Part shown: positions 36,280-47,560 of the stretch, piece by piece
Layout of the letters: every line of letters starts with the position of its first letter
How positions within the stretch are numbered: position 1 is the stretch's first letter
NCBI RefSeq assembly: GCF_006345805.1
Contig: NC_042999.1
Location: forward strand, 16,244,001-16,308,000
Origin: Octopus sinensis
Taxonomy: Eukaryota
Length of the DNA stretch: 64,000 nucleotides
Direction: 5' to 3'
Made by a program: the position numbers and the translations under genes
Notes under the pieces: generated by a model
What the model saw: only the letters and a program-made list of their open reading frames with translations
The model's database searches: none
What the model was told of the DNA's origin: nothing

Positions 36280-36800
36280 CCAGGCCTACTCACCATTTTT
36301 TTAGGAGGGGGTAGCCACAACAAGACACACACCAGGCATTCCATTCATTTCCCAGCTCAAAGAGGTGAGCCCCATCCTATGCTCAGGTCAAGGCATAGAA
36401 CGCAACTGGGACCAGACAGCATATGCTGGTTTACCCCCGCCACATCGTGCAGGTTCTTTACCCCTTTGAGTAACATCAAATTCACTCATCCATCCACAAA
36501 CTCTTTCCAAGCTTTCCTATCATTTATAAATTCTCTTGTCTCTCTCAATCCAACACCTCTAACCATCAAAGCTTTCCTCACTCCATCTAGCCACACAAAC
36601 TGAGGTCTACCTCTGGTTCTGCTGCCTACCACTTCTGCTTTCATCATCCTCCTTAGCATCTGCTCCTCATCCTCCTCTCCATGTGGCTAAGCCACCTCAA
36701 CATTTGTCTATCCATTTTGGTTGTTAGTTTTTCTCTCATTCCTGCTCGCCTTTGCACTTCCTCATTCCACATCATGTCCATCCATGTCGCACTAGCCACA
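36280..36800 (-). mobile_element. RTE-clade LINE ORF2 C-terminus and 3' UTR
   Basis: With one frameshift: RQMLRWLSHMER...MLRRMMKAEVVGSRTRGRPQFVWLDGVRKALMVRGV...DRKAWKEFV, the LRWFGH...GRP..W..DR..W pattern. Confidence 0.8.
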
Positions 36801-36875
36801 GCCCTCAAACAAAATATTTAAACTTTTTTTTTTTAATAGAATTCCTAATAATATTTTATTATAAAAATATAACAT

Positions 36876-37282
36876 ATAGGCGCAGGAGTGGCTGTGTGGT
36901 AAGTAGCTTGCTAACCAACCACATGGTTCCGGGTTCAGTCCCACTGTGTGGCATCTTGGGCAAGTGTCTTCTGCTATAGCCCCAAGCCCACCAATGCCTT
37001 GTGAGTGGATTTGGTAGATGAACACTGAAAGAAGCCTGTCGTATATATGTATATATATATGTATGTGTATGTGTGTGTTTGTGTGTTTGTCTCCCTAGCT
37101 TTGCTTGACAACCGATGCTGGTGTGTTTACGTCCCCGTCACTTAGCAGTTCGGCAAAAGAGATCAATAGAATAAGTACTGGGCTTACAAAGAATAAGTCC
37201 CGGGGTCGATTTGCTCGACTAAAGGTGGTGCTCCAGCATGGCCGCAGTCAAATGACTGAAACAAGTAAAAGAGTAAAAGAGT
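36876..37282 (+). mobile_element. SINE family A, full length
   Basis: All modules present. Confidence 0.88.
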
Positions 37283-37479
37283 ATGATTTCTTAAACATCG
37301 AATGACTAGGAGGATCCATCGGAATTAAAAGGAAACCAAAGGAATCCATAAATAAAAAACGGTTGAAAAACATTGACTGACATCACAAAGAGCTGGAAGA
37401 AACCTTACTAAGCATTTTTGTCCAACACCAACCATTCTGCCAGCTTGCTGTATATAATACACAGACTATTGAAATCGAA

Positions 37480-37991
37480 ATCAAAGTTGATTGCGAAGAC
37501 TTGTTGAGGCAAGTGAAATCGAAATCAAAATCAAACTCGGTGACTGGCATTCGTTGCTAGTGGAGCACTAAGAGTACCATACGAGTGAGATCGTTGCCAG
37601 AGCAACAAGCTGGCCTCTGTGCCGATGGCATGTTAAAAACACCATTCGAGCATGATCGTTACTTGCGTCGCCTTACTAGCACTTGTGCTGGTGGCACGTG
37701 AAAAAAATACATTCGAGTGAGGTCGTTGCCAGCGCCGTTGGACTGGCTCATGTGCAGGTGGCACATAAAAAGCACCATTTGAGCGTGGCTGTTGCCAGTA
37801 CCACCTAACTGGCCCTCATGCTGCTGGTACATAAAAGCATCCACTACACTCTCGCAGTGGTTGGTGTTAGGAAGGGCATCCAGCTGTAGAAACTCTGCCA
37901 GATCAAGACTGGAGCCTGGTGCAGCCATCTGGTTTGCCAGACCTCAGTCAAATCGTCCAACCCATGCTAGCATGGAAAGCGGATGTTAAAC

Positions 37992-38029
<38 letters not shown>

Positions 38030-38030
38030 C
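37480..38030 (+). mobile_element. SINE-like family C, long copy
   Basis: Starts GCGAAGACTTGTTGAGGCAAGTG; ends (GAT)n. Confidence 0.8.
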
Positions 38031-38959
38031 TATGATTGATCAGTGAGTTCTTAACTTTTCGTTCTGGGTGCAAATCTTGTAAGTACAGCTTAAGGTGGGT
38101 GGAATAGTTTCCTAAATGCTGACTCACTCGAAATATATGACATAAATACACTGGTATCAAGTGTTGCCAGTGTAATCCAAAAGATTAAAGAATTCAAACT
38201 AAGATAACTCAGAAATAAAACCAGAAGATACTGTGTCTTGTTGTTGTTGTGTTCTAAGAAGTAGAGGAAGGACACAGTTTGAAATGCTAGTCTTTAAATC
38301 TTCTCTTAATGCAACAGTACATGTCTCTTTAATACTTATTACCAAAGTGATTTTTTTTTATCAGTGTATATACCATTACTCAGATACGAATTCTAGTAAC
38401 TATTCTCATTTACTAAGACAACTTAGGTTTCCTGGAACTTTTGAGTTTAGTATAAAGTTGACTTAATTCTTAGATTTATAAGGAAAAAAAAAATGAATGT
38501 TATCCACTTAACGGAAAGAATCAATAACTAGTTGACATGGAGAGTTTAGTTTTGAGTTAATTGATATAGTAATTTCTGACATTAATTAACACTGTCCTCC
38601 TCCTCCCCATCATCATCATCTTCCTCTTCCTCCCCATCTTCTTCCTCTTCCTCCCCTTCCTCCTCCTCCCTATCATCATCATGATCGTCGCAGTTGTCAT
38701 CACCGTCACTACTGCCACTGCGACCAATGTTGCTGCTGCTCTTGCCGTCCATCTGCTTCCACCACTGGTGCCACTACCTGTGCTGCTGTTGGTGCCGTTG
38801 CTGCCTTCACTGCCACTACAGCTGTCGGATTTTTATGTTTACACAACATGAAATTAATAGAAGCTTGCATTTAAATATTGTGTGTATATATGTATATATA
38901 TATATGTATGTATAAATATATATGTATATATATGTATATTTATCTAAATATATATATAT

Positions 38960-39540
38960 ATAATCATCCTCATCATCCTCATCATCGTTTAACGTCCGCT
39001 TTCCATGCTAGCATGGGTTGGACGATTTTGACTGAGGGCTGGCGAACCAGATCGCTGCACCAATCTTGATTTGGCAGAGTTTCTACAGCTGCATGCCCTT
39101 CCTAATGCCAACCACTCTGAGAGTGTAGTGGGTGCTTTTTACATGCCACCGGCACAGGGGCCAGTCAGGCGGTACTGGCAATGACCTCGCTTGAATCCTT
39201 TTACACATGCCACCAGCACAGGTGCCAGTAAGGCGACGGTGGTAATGATCACGCTCGAATGGTGCCCTTTTACGTGCCACTGGCACGGAAGTGAGTTGGC
39301 TGCTCTGGCAACGATCACACTCGTATGGTGCTCTTGGCACCCTACTAGCACGGGCACAAGCCCCAATAAGGTGACACTGGTAATGATCACGCTCGAATAG
39401 TGCCCTTTAAATACCACTGGTATGGAAGCCGGTTAGCCGCTCTGTCAATGATCACGCTCGTATGGTGCTCTTTGCACCCTGCCAGCATGAACATCAGTCA
39501 TTGAATTTGATTTTGATTTTGCTTTTGATTGATTTGATTT
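38960..39540 (-). mobile_element. SINE-like family C with ~65-bp internal repeats
   Basis: Reverse complement of the family tail at about 38975; repeated GATCACGCTCG..TGGTGC units. Confidence 0.8.
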
Positions 39541-39600
39541 GATATATATATATTACATATATATGCATATAAATATATATATATATATGCATATATCAAT

Positions 39601-39636
<36 letters not shown>

Positions 39637-39912
39637 ATAATAATAATAATAATAATGAAGGGTAAAATTAATTAATCAATTAATAATTAATAATTTTACC
39701 AAGTAGTTTGGTATGTTAAAAGAACAAAAATTCTATAATTATGAGCATAATTATAATTAGGGTTCAGAAAAAATTTGCTTCACCACATACCGAAATTTAG
39801 AAATAGCAGTTAAAATATTATTCTACTACCATAAGATATCTCTCAGACAGTAATACTCTACAACTCATACAGGTAAAGAGAAAAAAATAACGAATCCACC
39901 CGGCTTTGATTA

Positions 39913-39997
39913 ACTATATACGCGTTTCGGGGTTAAAGAAATGTAAAAAAGATGTAAAATCATATTTCTACTTACTTATTCCCTTCCTCAGTACAGT
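39913..39997 (-). ncRNA. Minimal type-I hammerhead ribozyme, intact core
   Basis: ACUGUA-CUGAGGA-AGGG...CCCC-GAAA-CGCG-UA/UAUAGU; palindromic stem III ACGCGU; about 50-nt loop II. Confidence 0.72.
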
Positions 39998-40065
39998 ATT
40001 TCAAATTTTAAATTTGAGAGCACTGATAATTAACATACATACTCGACCAAGCACCATTGAATAAC

Positions 40066-40327
40066 ATATATCTAAAGACCAGGCGGCGAGCTGGCAGAAA
40101 CGTTAGCGCGCCGGGCGAAATGCTTAGCTGTATTTCGTTTGTCATTACGTTCTGAGTTCAAATTTCACCGGGGTCGACTTTGCCTTTCATCCTCTTGGGG
40201 TTGATAAATAAAATACCAGTTTCGCACTGGGTCGATATAATCGACTTAATCCGTTTGTCTGTCATTGTTTGTCCCCTCTATGTTTAGCCCCTTGTGGGCA
40301 ATAAAGAAATATATATCTAAAGACCAG
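40066..40327 (+). mobile_element. Young full-length SINE family B with 15-17-bp TSD
   Basis: ATATATCTAAAGACC(AG) at 40066 and 40311. Confidence 0.92.
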
Positions 40328-40623
40328 TACTTCCAAATTCAAACACACGTATGAGATCTCGCATTCCTCCTCAATCACCCACGTGTGCCTAATGAGTAAA
40401 TTCTGCAGAAACTGCAGTTTACTATCAGGAAGAGAATTATATTATCAATAATATTATATATATATATATATATGTATGAATGGATTCTTTCACAAGGCTT
40501 TTGTTGGCCTGAGGCTATAGTAGAAGACACTTGCCCAAGGTGCCACGCAGTGGGACTGAACCCAGAACCATGTGGTTGGCAAGCAAGCTACTTACCACAG
40601 AGCCACTCCGACACCTATATATA

Positions 40624-40679
<56 letters not shown>

Positions 40680-40680
<1 letters not shown>

Positions 40681-41380
40681 CATCATCATCATCATCATCG
40701 TTTAGCATCCGCTTTCCATGCTAGCATGGGTTGGACGGGTCAACTGGGGTCTGTGAAGCTGGAAGGCTTCGTCAGGCCCAGTCAGATCTGGCAGTGTTTC
40801 TACGGCTGGATTCCCTTCCTAACGCCAACCACTCCGCGAGTGTAGTGGGTGTTTTTTACGTGCCACCTGCACAGGTGCTAGACAGAGCTGGCGAACGGCC
40901 ACGAACGGATGGTGCTTTTACGTGTCACCGGCACGGGGCCAGGCAATGCTGGCAACGGACACGAACGGATGGTGCTTTTACGTGCCACCGACACGGGGCC
41001 AGACAGAGCTGGCAACCGGCCACGAACGGACGGTGCTTTTACGTGTCACCGGCACGGGTGCCAGCCGAAGCTGGCAATGGATGCGAACGGATGGTGCTTT
41101 TACGTGCCACCGACACGGGGCCAGACAGAGCTGGCAAACGGCCACGAACGGACGGTGCTTTTACGTGTCACCGGCACGGGGCCAGGCGAGGCTGGCAACG
41201 AACACGAACGGATGGTGCTTTTACGTGCCACCGACACGGGGCCAGGCAGAGCTGGCAAACGGCCATGAGCGAATGGTGCTTTTACGTATCACCGGCACGG
41301 GTGCCAGACGAGGCTGACAGCGGACACGAACGGATGGGTCACTTAACCCTGCTTTCTGATATATGATTTGATTTTGATTG
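40680..41380 (-). mobile_element. SINE-like family C with an expanded ~60-bp minisatellite (about 8 units)
   Basis: GGTGCTTTTACGTG units at about 40911, 40971, 41032, 41093, 41154, 41214 and 41274. Confidence 0.85.
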
Positions 41381-41465
41381 TTCTCACTGGTCTTGCCGTA
41401 TATTATATATTATATATATAATATATATATATTATGTATATATATATATATATTATATACATATA

Positions 41466-41524
<59 letters not shown>

Positions 41525-42975
41525 CATATATATCTATATATATATATATATAATATACATATATATACATATATATATATACATATATAATATACATATA
41601 TATTCTATCATATATAATATATATATATAATATATTATATATATATTATATATGTATAGACATCTTCCAACTAGATATCTTCCACAAAACTTGTCTGAGT
41701 ATAATCTGCATTTATTCACTAAAATACAAAGTTTCTAATGCCAACTTGTTCAACAAGTGTAAGACTGGTGGTATTGAGAGCTTCCTTATACAATCACAAT
41801 TGTGCTGGGCTGGCCATGTCATCAGAATGAGTGCTATGGTGCCCTTTTACGTGCCACCGGCACAGAAGCCAGTTGGCTGCTCTGGCAATGATCTCACTCG
41901 GTTGGTGCACTTGGCACCCTACTAGCATGGGCACAAGTGCCAGTAAGGCGACGCTAGTAACGATCACACTCAAATGGTGCCTTTTATGTGCCACTGGCAT
42001 GGAAGCCGGTTAGCCGCTCTGTCAACGATCACGCTCGTATGGTGCTCTTTGCACCCCGCTAGTACGGATGCCAGTCATCGAATGCGATTTTGATTTTGAT
42101 TTCATTTGCCTCAACAGGTCTTCGCAATGTTAATAGTAAAATATAATTTCTCTAGTCTACAAAGCTATTAACTTTCTCTTTAAAAATACGTATCAAAAAA
42201 TGAATATAAAGACTTGTGACACTTTAATAAGATATTCCCAGAGCATTTTGATATTTAACTATTCCTGTCATACCTGGGTTTTCTCATATACGGTTTGAAT
42301 ATTTAAATGCTTACAGGAAGATCAAACTTTATAATGTTTATCACAGTTAGGTTAACTGTGTCTTTCCTCCATCTGCAGTTTATAAAATAGGTGTTTCAGA
42401 CTAAATACTTTGTTTGGTGTAATTGTGTCACACTTTTAAAGGTGATGCCATTAATTACCGATTAAACACAGTTGCAGACATTGGAAACAGAATAAGAATA
42501 ATAAAAGAAGTGTTCATTGCATTAGGTTTTAGAATCTGGCTGAGAAAAAAACTAGCAATACACACACAGATATACAGAGGCATATTGGAGCACTCACACA
42601 TGTACACAAAGGATACAGATGCACACACACACACACACATACACACACACACACCACACACAGGACACACACGTAGAACAAACATAGAACACATGTGCAC
42701 ACAAACACATACATAAATACAAAGATCACATATATATATATATATACACAATCTAATAGTCACACAAAGAAAATCATGTCCACATGTACACACAATGCTC
42801 ACTCACACACACATGAAGAACACATACACACACACATGCGTGCATACACACAAAGCAGACAGAATCATGGAAGTTTATTTAACAAAACACTTGAAACTGA
42901 GCTCAATACAAAAAAAAAATCTCTTTACAATGACAAAAATCTAGTGCTTCAAAGATAAACATTATGCAATATGTA

Positions 42976-43023
<48 letters not shown>

Positions 43024-44253
43024 TGATCATCATCATGATATTATATATTATATAATAAATATTATATTTTATATATATATATGTATAATATATACACATT
43101 CATATATATCATATATATATTTATAAATATGCATATATATATTATATATATATATATACATACTTACACATACATACATATATACATACATACATACATA
43201 TATATGTATATATATATATATATGTATATAATACATTTACAGACTGTTCATAATTATACATCACACTTTATATGAACATACAGCTATAAATATGCATATA
43301 CGTTTGTATACACAGACGACACAAACAGAAGAAAATAGCAAAATATCTGTATCCAGACATTGAAAAAGAAATAAAAATAAAGTTGAATGAAATAAATAGA
43401 TGAATAAAAATTCACAGCAACCAAGATATTTTTTTTTCACACTGCAAGATACAGCCACCAAACAAAATCGCAGTGGTTTCAAATAAACATTTAATCACCA
43501 CGCATCTGACACTTAGTTTTCTAGTAAGGAAGGAATAAACAAATTTATGTCAGGCATCGTTGTGTGGTCGAGGTGCTTGCTTCCCAACCACGTGGTTTTG
43601 GGTTCGTTTTCATTGCATGGCATCTTAAGCAAGTGTTTATGACTATGGCTTCAGCTCAACCAAAGCTTTGTAAGTGAATCTGGTTGATGGAAACTGAAAG
43701 AAGCCTTGTTGTATATATTCAACTGAAACCCTCCTTTAAGGGTTTAGTTGAATATATTGACCACAATATTTACATTTTTTTGAGTCTGCTACTTACTCTA
43801 TCGATCTGTTTTGCTAAACTGCTAAGTTACAGGAATGTAAATAAACCATTTGTTATCAAGCAATGAAGGTGGAATTAACAAATGGAAATAAAATAATACA
43901 CACATTCATTTATGTATACACACACACACATACATTCATATATATATATACATACATACATGCATACATATATATATGTATATTATAATATATATATATA
44001 TTATAATATTATAATATTATATATATATATATAATATATATAATATTCTTTTATTCTTTTACTTGTTTCATCATTTGACTATGGCCATGCTGGAGCACCG
44101 CCTTAGTTGAGCAAATTGACCCCAGGACTTATTCTTTGTAAGCCTAGTACTTATTCTATCAGTCTCTTTTGCCGAACCGCTAAGTTACGGGGATGTAAAC
44201 ACACCAGCATTGGATGTTGGGGGGAGAAACACAGACATACAAACACACACACA

Positions 44254-44284
<31 letters not shown>

Positions 44285-44413
44285 TACATATATATACCCA
44301 AGGCTATAGTAGAAGACACTTTCCCAGGGACTGAACCTGTAACCATGTGGTTGGTAAGCAAGCTACTTATCACATGGTCACTCCTGTGCCTATATATATA
44401 TATATATATATAT

Positions 44414-44452
<39 letters not shown>

Positions 44453-44733
44453 ATATATTAGAGATAGAACCACATTATGCAACTCAAACAGTGATAGATA
44501 TAAACAAAACATAAATAACAAATAAAAAATTTTTATAAAACATATAAACTAGATCTCAAAAATCTAAAATGAATAATCAATATATAATAGTAATATTATA
44601 TATATATATATATATATATAATTATATATATATTATATATATATAATTATATATATCTATTATATGATTATATATATATATATATAATTATATATATATA
44701 TATATATCTTATAATATTATATATATGTAATAT

Positions 44734-44948
44734 ATCAACAATCAAGGAACGGCCATGATAGGCCATTCACCACCTAGATAATAGCCAAAGCTTCAACCGC
44801 AAATAAGATTAATTCCGTAAACAGGAGAAATTTAAAAATTACCCTTTAAATTTTATCTGTTACGGAATTAATCTTATTTTGCGGTTGAAGCTTTGGCTGT
44901 TATTTCTAGTGGGTGAATGGCCTATCATGCCGTTCCTTGATTGTTGAT
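44734..44948. repeat. ~215-bp fold-back palindrome next to (TA)n
   Basis: About 103-bp arms, 8-nt loop AATTACCC at 44837-44844. Confidence 0.9.
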
Positions 44949-45857
44949 GTTGAATTAAAAATGGTCTATGACTATTTAATTTTTCCCACTAGGCTGCTGG
45001 TGGCAAAAAGAATTCTAACAAAAATTTTTTTGCCACCCTATATTGATTAAATATATCATAATATATATATGGCGGGCTTCTACATAGTTTCTGTAGACCA
45101 TTTTTACTCTTTAGGCATTGATTTCCTATGAGACTAAACCTGAAACCATGGAATTGGTATGGAGATTCCTTACACACACCGCTGTCCCTTGCTTATAAAC
45201 GATATGCAATATTAATGAAATATTGTGTACATAGCAGTCGCAGAAAATGTCCAGCATTTGTTGTTTTTTAAGAACAAATATGTGCTTTACTGTTGTGCAA
45301 ATAAATTCCATTGAATGTTCAGAATTAACTTTCATTTCAGTGTCACTAGAAGCAGATAATGGCACAGAGGTAAACAGAAAGAAAATAATAACATGAACGT
45401 TTTTAATGTGAGAAAAATATAGCTTGGCAAATTATTTCTCTGTCAGTTTAACATGTCCTGTTATTTAAGAGAGTTCGTTAGCAGAAATGTAAGAGCGTGG
45501 AATAAATGATTTCTATTATTTCTTCTCATATTTCTTTACTTACTAAGTTCAAATACTGCTGAGATCAATTTTGCCTTTCATTCTTTTGAAGCCTGCAAGA
45601 TAAAATACCAGTGATACACTGGTGTTGATGCAATGAACTGTTCGTGTCACTCTTAAAGTTGCTGGCCTCATACCTAAATTAAAAGCAGATATTTAAAACA
45701 GCTGAAAATATGACTGGACAATGGTCAGTTCTGTTCTGTGTGATGTTTTTATTAAAGTCTAGTCAGTAAGAGAATGGACAGGTTTCTGCAGGACTGGTCA
45801 CTATGTCTTGTCGAGACAAACTCAAGAATTAACAACTTTTGGATTTTGCCTTATGTA

Positions 45858-46490
45858 ACCTATTTCTTTACTACCCACAAGGGGCTAAACACAGAGGGGA
45901 CAAACAAGGACAGACAAACGGATTTAGTCGATTACATCGACCCCAGTGCATAACTGGTACTTATTTAATCGAGTCCGAAAGGATGAAAGGCAAAGTCAAC
46001 CTCGGCGGAATTTGAACTCAGAACGTAACGGCAGACGAAATACCTATTTCTTTACTACCCACAAGGGGCTAAACACAGAGAGGACAAACAAGGACAGACA
46101 AACGGATTAAGTCGATTACATCGACACCAGTGCGTGACTGGTACTTATTTAATCGACCCCGAAAGATGGAAGGCAAAGTGGACCTTTGGAATTTGGACTC
46201 AGAACGTAATGGCAGACGAAATACCGCTAAGCATTTCACCCGGCGTGTAATGTTTCTTATTTCTTTATTGCCCTCAAGGGGCTACACACAGAGGGGACAA
46301 ACAAGGAGAGACAAAGGTATTAAGCCGATTACATCGACTCTAGTGCGTAACTGGTACTTAATTAATCGACCCCGACAGGATGAAAGGCAAAGTCGACCTC
46401 GGCGGAATTTGAACTCAGAACGTAGTAGCAGACGAAATACTGCTAAACATTTCGCCCACGTGCTAATGACTCTGCCAGCTTGCTGCCTTA
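45858..46490 (-). mobile_element. Head-to-tail array of SINE family B (3 units)
   Basis: Junctions at about 46043 and 46258. Confidence 0.88.
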
Positions 46491-46809
46491 TCTAACCAAA
46501 ATGGTTGAGGGAATGTGGCATTGTGGTTGGGGTATTGCTTTCACAATCCCAAGATTCCTGATCTGTGTGGTGCATTGTATTTTTGAGCAAGACACTTCAT
46601 TCACATTGCTCCATCCTCTCAGCTGTAAATGAATAACCATGCAAAGAACTGGTGTCCAATTCAGGGAGAGTATTGTGATCTTGGTCACTTGGATGCCATG
46701 GAAACTTGGTGACTGGAAATGTGCTTCTTAGGACACAAAATAGCAATTATTATTTGACTTATAACCAAAATGGCCAACAGACTGTCATTGGGTTCTTATA
46801 ACTTATAAC

Positions 46810-47560
46810 TGGCACTCTGTCAGTTATGACAATGAGCGTTCCAGTTGATTAATCAATGGAACAACCTAATTGTAGAATTAATGTGCAATTAACTGAACAC
46901 TTCACAAACACACATGCCTGTAGTGACACTATTTTGGAAGTTTTCAGCGCGCATGCGCAGAGCTGGATTACTTCTGGTAGGCCACTGGAAGTTCCCTCGT
47001 GCACATGTGCAGAGAATTGCCACCAGAAAGTTTTCCCGCTAGATCGGTCCTTTTGAAGCTGCAGCCCTATCGAGTGGACACGACTGAACCTTCTCTCAAG
47101 GGAAAACCCAACACGTAGAGAAGCCCCCTTCTACATGGGAACGAAGATAGCATTTTGGCTCACACAAGTTAACTATTGTGAATAGTTTTATGGCCTTGGC
47201 TACCGGTTCGCCCCAAAGAAAATATATGCGTATATATTTTATTTGCGAATCCAGACAAAAATAAAGTATTATTTATTGCTGTTGAAGATAGTCGAAGTTT
47301 TGGTTTTCCTTTCGACACAATTGACTGTAACAGGATAAGACCGACACCCCTCAAGTGTTCCTGAGACCTTTATCCTGTTACATGCCCTTAATGTAGTTTT
47401 CAGAGAGATTCAGCATGACACTGAATGTGAAACGACAGGCCTTGTGAATTACTGCTACAACTCATATCTACCAGCTGAGTGGACTGGAGCGATGTGAAAT
47501 AAAGTGTCTTGCTCAAGGATACGATGTACCATAAGGAATCGAACCCATGGACCTAATGCC
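46810..47560 (-). mobile_element. SINE family D (tRNA head, CCTTGAGCAAGACACTTT domain), split by an LTR
   Basis: The two halves rejoin at CACATGCC/CTTAATGTAG; related copies at about 46500, 49225, 58860 and 60140. Confidence 0.7.
46919..47382 (+). mobile_element. Solo LTR (464 bp; Gypsy-like by termini and TSD length)
   Basis: TGTAG...TTACA termini; 4-bp TSD TGCC at 46915-46918 and 47383-47386; internal AATAAA near 47265; more GC-rich than the flanks. Confidence 0.7.

Larger units (their letters stand above)
39659..40445 (-). mobile_element. Hammerhead-bearing unit of about 540 bp, interrupted by a SINE
   Basis: Shares GGGTAAAATTAATTAAT and CATACCGAA..TTAGAAATAGCAGT motifs with the 2905 and 32521 elements; flanked by (AAT)n/(TA)n. 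Confidence 0.65.

Noticed and set aside
40847-41340. CRISPR-like regular repeats
   Set aside because: Whole units are mutually similar with no unique spacers; eukaryotic context and no cas genes.
40731-41366. Three overlapping ORFs of 119-211 aa
   Set aside because: Produced by a stop-poor 60-bp minisatellite inside a SINE-like element.
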